A DNA stretch of 64,000 nt, taken from assembly GCA_002269645.1 (NCBI GenBank), contig NIVC01001952.1, positions 1 to 64,000 on the forward strand, given 5' to 3'. Made by a program: the position numbers and the translations under genes. The notes beneath the pieces were generated by a model. The model was not told the DNA's origin and ran no database searches. It was given only the letters and a program-made list of their open reading frames with translations. This DNA comes from Macrostomum lignano. Its lineage: Eukaryota. This document shows, piece after piece, positions 52,201 to 64,000 of the stretch; within the stretch, counting starts at the first letter, position 1, and each line of letters starts with the position of its first letter.

Positions 52201-52784
52201 GGTGCCAATTATTAATTATTGCTGAAATGCTGTGGCTCATGGAGGAGCGTTGCTGAGATGCCAAGGGTCAATTGGAAGTTGTTGATAGGCCAAGACAAAG
52301 GCAGACCAAAGGGAGAGTTAGGGTTAAGCCATGGCCTAAAGGGAGGCTCTGATGCCAAAGGTCACAGGGGATGCTGATATCTTAGGCTAAACAGCTGGCT
52401 TTCAGAGCTGATGCTTTTTTGTTTAACAGCATTTCCTTTAGGATACTTGCAATACATGGTCAAAACCTACCACCTTATGAATAGTTGATTCGAAAAAGTT
52501 TATTACTTTCTTTGTTGCCTCCCCAACGGGGGGGGCGCAGATGGTAATTAGCCTATACCGGCGCGGTACTAACACTGTGAATTCTGCATGTTCTCGCGAT
52601 GCAATTTGCGCAGTGCAAGAATGAGACACTGCAGGATGGCTGCTTATCCGGCGCGAGTACGCTGGTGGCAGGTGCGCTGGGTCGTAAGCGCGCACTTTTA
52701 TTCGCCACATAATGTCGCCAACTGTGTTAAAATCCATACGAGCGTATGCTAAAATAAATGCGACTGTTGGCTGCTGGTTGACTA

Positions 52785-53880
52785 CCCACTCCGAAAGTTC
52801 TTAGCCTGAACAAGAAAACAGCAACAAATGAACTAAAAAACGACTACAAGTGCTCAAAATACTCTCCACCGGCATTGATATAGTCTTGCATCCTGTGAAA
52901 CCAGCTGTCGAAGCACTACCGCCAATCCTCATCCCGGAGCTCCTCGATGATGTTTTTGAACTCATTTACAGCTTCCTCCGGTGAAAAAAGACCTGGCCCT
53001 TCAGAATCTCCTTGCACTTCGGAAACAGAAAAAATTCGCACGGTGCCAGGTCTCGACTGTACGCAGGGTGAGTCATCAGCTAACCCCACAGTCAGCTAGA
53101 AACTCGAGAGTTTGAGCCGCAGTGTGCGCACTGGCGTTGTCGTGGTGCAGAAGCACCCCGCGCATTCCGCACCTTGGGTGCCTCTGGCTCACAGCAGAAA
53201 AAACTTTAGGGAGGCAACCCGTTGTGTACCAGTCAGCGGTGACTGTCTGGCGATCTTCCAGTAAAACGGAAGCCACATGCCCAGTGCGCATGAAGAAACG
53301 TCAGAATCAAACGCACGTCAGACAGCTGATGGGGGATCCACCGGGAAGCCAGCTTCCGCACTCCAAGGTGTTCGTGCAGAATGGCGTGCGCACTCCCCGA
53401 TCCAATACCGATCTCCTGCTGGATCTGCTGGTAGGTCACTCGCCGGTCAGCGGCAATCATGCTGGACACAGCGCAGATATTTTCTGGAGTCACTGCGTCA
53501 CAGGGTCTCTTGGATCGATGTTTATCTTCGAGGCTTTCTCGACCTCGGCGAAACTCAGCAAACCAGTTTTTGACGGTTGCGTATGAAGGACATAGATGGG
53601 TGAAAACGTTCTGTAAAGTTTGATACGAATCGGCCGGCGACTTGTCTTGCTTGAAGTACAAGTACACCATTGCTCTGAAGTCGCGATTTTCCAGCTTCAT
53701 TGTTGAATTGAAGAACTCAGGGGGTGAACTGACTTTAACTTGCTGCAGTGGGCTCAAAAGTGGCTGCTTCTGTTTGACAATTTTGCTGCGATACTTTTAA
53801 AAGTTGGTCTTTACCAAAGAGCTCTTTACTTCTACGTCTCGTGGATCCTACTCAGGCTAAAGACTTTCTGAGTGACCCTC
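52785..53880 (-). mobile_element. Internally deleted mariner element with degenerate TIRs
   Basis: ATG at 53700 starts MKLENRDFRAM...TVKNWFAEFRRGRESLED...RKLASRWIPHQL. After a deletion come LLHHDNASAH, HPAYSRDLAPCEFFLF and GGEYFEHL-stop (52844). TIR-like CACTCCGAAAGTTCTTAGCCTGA (about 52787) matches the reverse complement of TCAGGCTAAAGACTTTCTGAGTG (about 53852). Confidence 0.92.
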
Positions 53881-53972
53881 AGAAATCTCGTATCTCTCGC
53901 AATTATCGTCTTAGTGCGTATCTTAATGTCTGATATCATAGTTTAGTTTCTTATTGGTACTAGTGTCTGCTT

Positions 53973-54360
<388 letters not shown>

Positions 54361-55818
54361 GTCAGTTTCTGACTGTCAATTCACCGTTCATCTCGTCAGT
54401 TATATTGCACAGCATGCGTCTGCATTGCGCAGAAGCCGGTCAGCTTTTGTACTTTCTTAATTTTAAATCGGCATCAAAGCAGCACTTGATTTTCTACCAT
54501 GAAAGTGGTGCAATCCACTTTTCATTTTTTTCTGGAGAGAAAGCGGAAATATTACCCCGAAAGAAGCAGCGGAAAGGAAAAATCCTTATTCAATTTCCAG
54601 AAATCGTAAAAAGCAATTAATCGTCAAGAAGGAATGTCCACGAAGATAAGCTGCGGAAATGCTTGATTGAACTGAATTGAATTCAATAAGTAAGTAAAGC
54701 TTGTGGCTGTGCTGTGCTTAAAAACAAGCTTTGCCAATCATTGCGTTGAACAAGGGCTTAGATTTAGATAGTTACTGATTCAGATTGAAGATTAAGAATG
54801 TGAAGAAGTCCGCTATTTTATTAAACATCGAAAAAAATCTGCTTTCTTGGTGCTATTGAAATGATTAACTAGTCTACAGAGTTTAATGGATTTGTAGGTA
54901 GAGAGCACTCATTTGTATAAAATGCATAGATTTCCTGCTATTGAGAAACCCATGCTTTAAAAATGGCTCTGCATGGCGGCTGTCATACCGAAGTTTACGA
55001 TACTTGTACACAGATAAGTTAAAAGAGAAAAAGTCATTGGAGAATTGTCCTCAATTAGAGCCTACCTTCGTCCAAATATTCGGTTCACGCCGACCTCGTG
55101 ACTCTGTGTTGATGCCAATCGCATGAGCCAGCAGGCGGATTAGCTACTTGGTAGTGAGTTCTCATGGACCAATATTGGCATTTATTGGTGCGTCAGTTTG
55201 TTAATCTGCGTCAGTCTATTAATTTAAATACTGATTCGAGTCGAACTCAAATCTGACTTTTTTAGGACTATAGCCATTTTCCATCTTTCTCATAAATTAA
55301 ACCTTCCCTACTTGCCTTGTATGAGCGAATTCTATGGCAAAAAATGACTTGTCAATAATGATATATACCATGGTATTTCAAGCTCGACTATGGCAAACGT
55401 GACTTCAATTTTGGCAAACGCATGAACCATCTGGTAATATGTCTGCGGCCAACTCCGGTACATTCTAACAATTCAATGACTCTATCTCACAATAAAACAT
55501 CAGAATGGCGATTTTCAAGGCATCATTTCCGTTCTCCGGGATTTTATTCGGGTAAAATTCAGTGCAGTACTAGCAATCTAGTGCCCCCCTTCGGGTGCCC
55601 AATAAGCAAGGAACAAAAATTATTGGTGCAAATCCATTAAAAAGCACATTTTCTTGAGAACCGATTCCTTCTTCAGTGTTATAGATCACCTTATTCGAAT
55701 TGTCATGGACAAAGATGTTTGCTATGAATCTCTTTTGTCTAAAAGTAACAAAAGTACGCAACAAAATAAAGCCTTCACTAAGATAATAGGCATTCCGCCT
55801 AAGTCGAAAGCATTCCCT

Positions 55819-56089
55819 AGACGGCAAGCATCCCCCAGATAGCAAGCATCCCCCAGACAGCAAGCATCCGCTAGATATCAAGCATCCCCCAGATAGCAAT
55901 CATCTCCCAGATAGCAAGCATCCGCTAGATAGCAAGCATCCCCCAGATAGCAATCATCTCCCAGATAGCAAGTATCTCCCAGATAGCAAGTATCTCCCAG
56001 ATAGCAAGCATCCGCTAGATAGCAAGCATCCCCCAGATAGCAATAATCTCCCAGATAGCAAGCATCCGCTAGATAGCAACATCTCCTAG
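55819..56089. repeat. 18-bp minisatellite (AGATAGCAAGCATCCCCC)n, about 15 diverged copies
   Basis: Directly visible, with CCGCT/CTCCC variants. Confidence 0.93.
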
Positions 56090-57238
56090 TTTCCGTAAAA
56101 TTCAGTGCAGTATTACGAGGATCGCTAAAAAAACGTTGTCGCTATGTATGCTTATACGATTATGAAGCGTGCCTTTCTCGGTAGCTGCAAATTAGCTCCA
56201 TGAAAAGACGTGTTTTTCGAGACGAAAAACACGTCTTGGCCAATAATATCTAAAAAAACCATCTAAGAGTCGATTCCCGTTCGTAATTATACTTAGAAAG
56301 TGTTGTACGAGCATTATATTTGATTGTTTTATTAAGCTTCCGGAAAAAACCTAATTATGCCAACTTGCTATCTTGTCTATCTGCCCACGTAAGGACAGGA
56401 AATTTTTCGCTTCCTGTTTTAGAACTTTGGCTCAGCGCCTCAAACGATGATGTCCTTAGATTTGCCGGTGCAGAGCTGAAATCTGCAGAAATTTTACAGC
56501 GACTGGCAATAAACTTTGGCTGACTTTCTGTGGATTTTACCGCTATTTTTCTCGGCCACAGTCGCTTCCGGCGATAGGATTTTTTTACAGCTCGACTATT
56601 TTTTCCAGACCAATTAACAATTGATTTTATGCTTTTGATTATTTTCGGCAGTATTGCAATAACAAAAAAATATTTCTAATTATCCATAAGTGCATCTGTA
56701 CGGCCATTTAATGACAGGCAATTATGATTTAGAACACCGTTTAATTACGAAAAGTGAAACGCGAATCTGAGCCGCACAAATAATAATGAGCTATTCAGTA
56801 ATGTGGATATGTTGGTAGAGGACTTGCTTCGACTGAAATGGGCATGAAGGCAAAACTATTTTGTCCAGCAAAATGTGTTTGTATGGGCCAAAGATCATAT
56901 ATGCGCAAGATAAGCCATTTTGACGGCAACAGGAAAGAGCTTATGTTGAAGTAAAGATACTACTTCGTGCTGTTACAGATTTCAACAGATTTTTCGTGGC
57001 TTGCCTTTACCACAAAATGTTATTAGTGGCCCATCTTGTGTGAATATGTTCATTGGTATGGCTGACGTGCACTGGTACTGACAATGAAACTGACTGCTAC
57101 ACTTCATCATCTGGGATGAATATTCATATCCTGCATGGTTCTTTTGCTTATCCGAGCGTACCATTTACTTTCTCGAAGCAAAAGAAACATGAAGAGGCAA
57201 CTGGGCCTGTCTATACATGAAGGAGAGAAAAGAATGGA

Positions 57239-57535
57239 GTGCTAATCTGACTGAGTTATTTTTTATTAATTATTTTTGTTTGCTTGTTTTCGACTTCGGC
57301 ATCCTGATTCCCCCCGTTCTATTTATTCTATTGGCTGTTGAATGCCATAGACAGCAGTGCCCCATTTCATGAAGAACTGCGTGGGGAAGGGAAACTGCTG
57401 TCTATGGCATTCAACAGCTTTTAGAATGGAACGGGGGGCATCAGGATGCTAAAAGTCGAAAACGAGAAAAACCACAGATACTTAAAACACTGTTTATCTA
57501 TAAGCAAAACAAAAATAACTTAGTCCGATTAGCAC
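57239..57535. repeat. Nested foldback (inverted repeat) with a perfect 25-bp inner stem; MITE-like or hairpin RNA
   Basis: 57334-57358 is the exact reverse complement of 57394-57418, with a 35-nt loop. Outer arms TTTTCGACTT..GCATCCTGA..CCCCCCGTTC and GTGCTAATC.GACT.AGTTATTTT also pair. Confidence 0.88.
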
Positions 57536-57698
57536 ACTTTATTCTTTTCTTTCCCCATGTGTCTATACCTGTGCTTACTAAATAAGAAACGGAAAGTGAA
57601 TTGCTTAAGAAAACTGCAATGAAAATAAATGGAAGCATTAGTGAATGAATCAGATTCGCAATGGGTAGAATTCAAGCTTGGGCAAGTTTTTTCGTTTC

Positions 57699-58049
57699 CT
57701 AGCTGGCTTCTTCAACGCTGGCAACCGTTCTCTGCTTTCCTTGTTGCGCCTGGCGCCGTTTGAAGACAAAGTAGAGCGCCAGGATGAGCGCAACGGACAG
57801 CAGGAGCAGAATGAGGCCAGAAAGCACGAGCCGATCGGGCAACTGCATCGAGGCCATGTTATTCTTGGAGGGCATGTAGCATGTCTCGGTGCAGATGTCG
57901 CCACAGAACGGTTCCAGACAGACGCACTCGTACTTGCTTGGACCGTCGCGAGCCCGGATTACTCGACAGAATCCTCCCTCCTGGCATGGAAAGTCGAACC
58001 GACCCTCGATGTGGATCGCCATCTCCTCGGCTGTGCAGTTCTCTGTCAT
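57699..58049 (-). CDS. EGF-like domain plus single TM micro-protein, 116 aa, no signal peptide (paralog 2)
   Basis: Shares NCTA...F.CQEGGFCRVI...C.C with paralog 1. TM segment LVLSGLILLLLSVALILALYFVF is followed by KRR. Acceptor TTCAG lies three nt before the ATG. Confidence 0.85.
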   Translation of the reverse strand: MTENCTAEEMAIHIEGRFDFPCQEGGFCRVIRARDGPSKYECVCLEPFCGDICTETCYMPSKNNMASMQLPDRLVLSGLILLLLSVALILALYFVFKRRQAQQGKQRTVASVEEAS

Positions 58050-58922
58050 GTTCTGAATTTATGTAGGGAAAGTGTGTTTTCGAAAGTGTTAGCAGGGATA
58101 TTACTGAGCCTTGCAGAAATGAGAGCGCTAGTAAATTCAAGACTAATGAGTGGAAAAATTTCCCAATAAAGAATAGGTCCTCTGCTTGAAGCAGAACTAC
58201 TCACCATTGAGTCTCGCTAAAGGACCTTGAAAGATAAAGCTTTAAATTGAACAAGTCCGCTTTGGCACCTGCTTTTAGGTTTGGCAGCTGTCTAAATAGC
58301 TAAGTCAGTACATGGTTCTATGCTTTTACCTCGAGCTTTTGTACCCAAGATTTACGGGGGTTGAAGACACCGCCGCAGCCACCTCAAGTCCGAGTGTTGC
58401 ATGACGCGTTTGTTTATTTCTAAAACTGTTCGCCATGCAGTTGCTGCGCTGCTGCAGCTGGCACAGAAGTCTGCCGTGGCTTGGGGGTCACCGGAACTAT
58501 ACCCCTAGATATTGTATGCTTTTACTCTTAAATTTGAGGCGTGCCGCTAAACTGCTGTCTATAGATAGGCATCGAAATGTGCAGTTTGAAACTTCATTCG
58601 AATCGTTGCCATTTTTGTCTGACAAATTTGGCTTACACTGTATAGCAGATATGACTTCTGCTAGAGTCCACCCCTTTCGTCTGCCGTGCCGCGCATACAG
58701 ATGAAAAGCAACCAGATTCCTTATTTGTCTTTTTTGCACAGATCGCCATTTAGCTCGTAAAGCAAACACCAGTTAGGCAGCTAGGAAGGATGGGGTCAAG
58801 GATTGCTTTGTATGAGTAGCAAGAGGACGCTGTACTCTTATATCAAGGACCACTAGCAGTCTACAGGAGGCTACACCCAAAAAAGGTGTAATTGTTTCAA
58901 GACCAATTTCATTGAAAAAATA

Positions 58923-59260
58923 CACTGCGGAGCTGATAGGAAAAATCATTTTTCATCCCTCAGTCAATTTTATCTGGGGCAGTGAAGATTACCAATCTTT
59001 TAAATTAGCATGCATAGGATGTTACTCTGTTATAATTTATATAGTTGTTTAGTGAAAGTTTAATTTTCATATTGTTTTCTTTTTTGATTCATGAGCTAAA
59101 AGTTGTAAATACTCATAAGTGGAATTGAACTTATGCTGAACTTTGTTTTGTTCCTTTTTGATTCAAGTATATTCGTAATAAAAATGCTGAATGCAGGTAC
59201 TCTTAAGCCATCATTGATTTTGTGATGAAAAAATGTTTTTTTCCTATCAGCTCCGCGGTG
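58923..59260. mobile_element. MITE with about 35-bp TIRs and TA target-site duplication (Tc1/mariner-type)
   Basis: TA|CACTGCGGAGCTGATAGGAAAAATCATTTTTCATC at the left end and GATGAAAAAATGTTTTTTTCCTATCAGCTCCGCGGTG|TA at the right end. Confidence 0.85.
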
Positions 59261-61980
59261 TATTTTTTCTAGGAAATCGGCCTCCAAAAATATTCACGAT
59301 CTTTGTGTGTTGCTATTTACTACTAGTGGTCCTTGTCTTAGATTTAGAGAAGTTTTGATAACAGGCTTTTTTCGAAAAATGCATGTAAATGCGAAAACGC
59401 AATTTCCTTCCGGATCCAATAATATTAGCTCGTAGTTCAAGCTCAGCTTTACAATTTGAGACAGTGCAGTAGGGAACCTTTTGATTAAACCTTATTTGAT
59501 TATTTCTTTACATTGATATTACTGTCTCGTAGTTTACGTGTGCAATGGAATTTTAGGGTCTACCTACAAAGTTAAACCAGCTGAACGTTTGCCAAGCGAC
59601 ATTGGTCAGCCAGACGTTTCCCAACTGATGTTTAACAGCTTCAAAATTCACAAGAAAATTAACAAGCTGTAAACCATATTTGTAGTAGTTATTTCTGATG
59701 AATGAACACCCGATAGACATGCACTTAAATTCTGGAAAACATCGTCTTCAAAGGGCGGGCAGGTTTTCGTTGCTATCACGAAATATGATGAAAATGCCAT
59801 CAGTACACACAAGAAAGCTTCGAGAAAAGTTGCATATGCCAAAGCACATGATACTAGCTAGACACACTTTGACATATCGCACCATATGTTTACTCGTTTA
59901 GCAGACGTTTTTATTGTCTCAACTGACTCATCAAACTTCAATGCAAGAAAATCTGCCCGTAAAGTTGCGTTTTTGCTTGGCCAAGTTTGCATTATCGTAA
60001 AACTGCGCTCTTGCACAATAGGAAACAAAACTGCTTGTACATTTACAACTAGTATCTTGGGATTTAGTGCATGCTCCCCTCTCCTCCATGTGTACTGTTT
60101 TGGGCAAATTGCTTGTAATTACTGTAGGTTCTCGTCGGAACCTTTAGATGGTCGGTCGCGTTATCCTCTCAAAGTTGTATCGCCGGCACGGGCTATGATG
60201 CTGCTGATAAGAAGTATTGGCAGATGCTACTGGCGATGACGGGCGCTTGAGCCGCTGCATATTTGTTTCGAAATGCGGTACATTCGCGTTTCTCATTTCT
60301 TGATTTCACATTCAATGTTTACCATCAAACTTTACAATCCTCCAACTTCGTGCCCGGCGCCGATCCAGTCACAAAGGCTGCTTGAGCACGCAATGGCATA
60401 GGCGTTGTAATTTTTTGGCTTTGTATTTTTTGGCACACTCCACATGCACTCGCACAAGTGCGTACAAGCAGGCTCTGCAACGAAAATAGTAAGCCCTGGC
60501 ATAAGCGCACATGCGCAAAAGCATAAGCGCACATTTACGAGTAATATAATTAATGATATGCTCAAATTTTCCTTTCTCACTTTTTAAGCAATAGAATTTC
60601 TAAAAGACAGGTAGATTGTATAGTATGCAACTGAGTTGAATAATGGCCAAAACTCGAGTGCGCGTAGCGCACGAGTGTCTATGGCCATTATTCAACGAAG
60701 TTGCATACTATACAAGTGCATTGTATTTATACTTTCACTCAGCGCCCAGTCATTATTCCACACTTTTGTCGCTGTCATTATTCCACACTTTTTATCATGC
60801 TTCAATTGGCTGTTTTAAGAGTTGTTTTACCCATAGACGACTGAGTTGTGTGGCTTAGTTTGACCATAGACAACACTGTGATGAGTGCTGATTTTGCTTG
60901 CGTCTTGCAAGAAATCAGGAAAGCGAGTAGTGGGAGAAAAAGCTTTTTGTCTTGTCAAACAACTATGGCTATAGTGCATCTCGTCAAACAGCCGCGCTTA
61001 TTAATTGAAAAAAATCTTCCTGTCGACGACTGAACGAACCGTGCGGCGCTACCTAGGAAGAAAACGCGACCATGCAGTCTTCAACGCCTCGACGGCTATA
61101 AACGATGCCTGAAAGCGGCCAATCGATTCAGTCGAGCAGCCGACAGTCCCAAAGAATCCCAGCTTGGATACTGCGGTACCAAAGAAGCTCATCAGACGAA
61201 GCTCATCAGTCGCATGCCAACTTAACCAAGACATGCATCTTTCAAATGGTAAGTTCGGCAACTATACTTGAGCACCAGTATTTCTCTTTCATAGAAAACA
61301 TTCAACATAGACCAACTCCTTTTGCAGTGCCAAATCATCAGGCTAAAGTGTCGAGCATCTTTGGAAACTGCGGCTTTGAGAACTGTGCATGTTTCACTTT
61401 GGGTGACAAATTGATTTTTACATTGTCAAATTGCGACTACAAACTGATAAACTGCACTAGCTGTGACATTTATTATTAACTCTTTTCGTGTAGCTGGTAC
61501 TTTAGTTTTAATGATTTTTCCTTTTTGTTCATTTACTTATTGTTGTTCTGTATTTATTAACAAAAATACTGAGCGATGGATTTTTTCAATCCAAATGTCT
61601 ATGGTACACATCAAAACTGTGGAATAATGGCCAAAATATTTTTTCATTGCGTCTGGGTAAAAGTATAATTGCAATGTAAAATTTTGGGTTGAGAAAGCAC
61701 CCCCTGAGAATTTTAGTCAGATCCCGATTGAAACTAATAAGAAACATCGTTTTTTCTGCCCATCAAAATCTAATTGAATTTACTTGTAAAATATATAGTG
61801 GCTGGAAGTCAAAGTCAAAACACTAACTCTCCGTATTCTAGAAGGCAACCTCTCAACAGGAAGGTGTTCACAGAAGAACAGTAGAAAGACCATTGGTGTA
61901 TTTCAAATACACACATTTTTCCTTTGTCTGGATCTCCAAGAATATTCAACCAATTACCATAAAAATCCAGAACAGGGGCT

Positions 61981-62745
61981 AAAATTTTCCGCTTTTTTCG
62001 ATGAAGCAACTTCGAGAATCAGGAAAAAATGGCATCATCGAGACATTCAACGATTCTCCTCGGGGTGTCTGGTGGCAAATTAAAACCCAACAACATTGGC
62101 AAAATTTTTCTGCTCACAAAATCTCATCATGAAACCACGTCGGCTCAGCAAACTATGCATATCAGTCGTAGAGGCCTTTGTTCTCAGCATCCTAGGCACC
62201 AGGGTCCCCTTCATCACCGTCTGGAGCATCGGCGGCGACCTTCGGGACCTTCAACAAAAGCACCCGATTGGCATCTCAGAGACGGCCGCTGCGTTCCCAA
62301 AACTGAAATGGAATAATCCTCTTCTGCATACAACATTCAGTCAGTAGACATAATCGGTGAATGAAATGGACGATGGCGACCCTCTAGGCTGACCTGTAGA
62401 CATATAGGCGCCCTTCGGGACCTTCAACAGAGTGCCACGTGGCCCTGTCGAGCTTGCACCCCCACAATGCGGGTGCTTTTGTTGAAGGTCCCGAAGGTCG
62501 CCGCCGATGCTCCAGACGGTGATGAAGGGGACCCTGGTGCCTAGGATGCTGAGAACAAAGGCCTCTACGACAGATGGACCCAGATTATTGAGCCAATATG
62601 GATTCACCATGAAGGTTTATACAGTGTAGTGCTGGTTGTCCTTGCCACCAGTGTCTTCGACAAGAATCGTTGAATATCTCGACGATGCTGACGTCGGATG
62701 ACTTTGAAAGTTGGTTCGTCGGAAAGGGCGGAAAAATTTGACCTA
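61981..62745. repeat. Inverted pair of diverged, probably coding-derived segments with a perfect 102-bp core
   Basis: 62165-62266 is the exact reverse complement of 62470-62571 (203-bp spacer). The flanks align only loosely. Confidence 0.9.
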
Positions 62746-64000
62746 CATGGTGGACTTTTACGAAGATCGGTAATTCTGTTTGCAAGCTATCGTGAAATGG
62801 GTCGTGTGTATTTGTAATACACCCCCGTGGTCTTTCCCCATGGGGAAAAATAGCGTGGTCTTTCTACTGTTGAAGAGCATTGTAGCGTTAAACCTCGTGA
62901 AGCACGAACACTGCACGCGAAACGGGGAAGTACATGTAGATTAATAAAGCCACATGCAGCCATATGTACATGAAGCAAAGCTAAGAGGTAAACGCCGCTT
63001 TTTGCGTCCCGATCTGAAGGTCGTTACGCAACGTGTCTAAGTTGCAATATTGTCTTTATATTCTTACAGACAGCAGAGAATCGCAGCCAACCTCTCCGGT
63101 TCTATTACTAATACACATCATAGGTAGCCGACGTGTTCTCAAATTGCCAGTTCAAAAGCTAGATGTACAGTTGCTAATTGCGGTAATGTATGCTTTTCTT
63201 TTTAATTCAACGCTATGAGCTAATTAAGAATCCACTAATGTTGCCGATCGGGACATTTATTTCCACTTCAAGTAGATTTACAAGTATAGTTGGAACTTAG
63301 AAAAATTAAAAAGTAACTGCGTCGGAAATGGTAACTCTCCATTTAAAATATCAAATGAGCAAGAAATCTTTTCAGCCCCGGATCAAGTACATGCATCGAA
63401 TATTTCGCGCAGTCACCCTGCACTAGTTGCTATGAACAAGTTGTTATGAAAAACAAACCAACACAGCTAACTACGAGTACCATCAGCTATATATATCCAA
63501 TCCGATTCTACTTACATGTACGAGTACGAGCGTTTTAGCATTCGCAATTAAGCTTAATGAATGAATGTACGCGCACAAAAAAGCATACCACACACCCTTG
63601 CCATCTATAAATGACAGGATGTTAAATACATCTTGATGCATGTGACTTGGACTGTTGTCCGACAATCGCGCTCGTGTATTTGAAAGTGAACTTACTACTC
63701 TTAATAGTTTGCCGGCTATTAACGGTTGTTGCTTTTGGCTTTAAGCAAATAGAATTGCCCTGATAAGATTGTCATCGAAGGCGTACTCGGCCCGGAGGGC
63801 TGTGGTGCGGCTTGGGGCTTCTGGCCAACGATCTTGTACCGCTGGTCAGCTGCCCGAATTTCAGGAAGAGTACCGCGCTCAGCTGTGCTGCTTTGAGCTG
63901 CCATTGCGCTTGGTGAACCTAACTGTACAGGGAGCTGGTACATGTAAATGGACCGCCTGGTCAGGTCTCGGCCTCAGAAGCATGGTTCCACCAAGGCGCC

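Noticed and set aside
60645-60685. GC-rich hairpin as a Helitron 3' end
   Set aside because: It is followed by CTAT rather than CTRR, and no matching 5' TC end or second copy is visible.
62341-62420. TGQPRGSPSS as an RT GxPQGS motif
   Set aside because: No downstream YADD-like motif and no other RT blocks.

Overview
This is eukaryotic (animal) genomic DNA. It has GC-rich exons, short GT-AG introns, very long micro- and minisatellites, CORE-type tRNA-SINEs, mariner relics and MITEs. The overall style resembles a free-living flatworm such as Macrostomum, which is an inference and not shown by the sequence. Supported genes are an intronless secreted orphan (2596-4443 +), a probable neuropeptide precursor whose start codon lies in a 26-bp minisatellite (8329-8676 -), a divergent MCTP-like C2/TM gene (12776-14330 -) and an intronless peptide-type class A GPCR (22668-24125 -). 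There is also a multi-exon gene of about 3,800 aa (30050-45914 +) and two paralogous EGF+TM micro-proteins without signal peptides (49650-49976 - and 57699-58049 -). The large gene joins a plakin-type spectrin/SH3 head to a 9.1-kb exon built from 11-residue D-x3-Q-T-like motifs, including about 9.8 near-identical 585-bp repeats. The best candidate for an undescribed system is this plakin-headed protein, whose rod may be a giant multivalent dynein light chain (LC8) ladder. Next are the minisatellite-generated uORF chain before the neuropeptide ORF and the signal-less EGF ligand pair. All homology calls come from recalled motif patterns; no searches were run.
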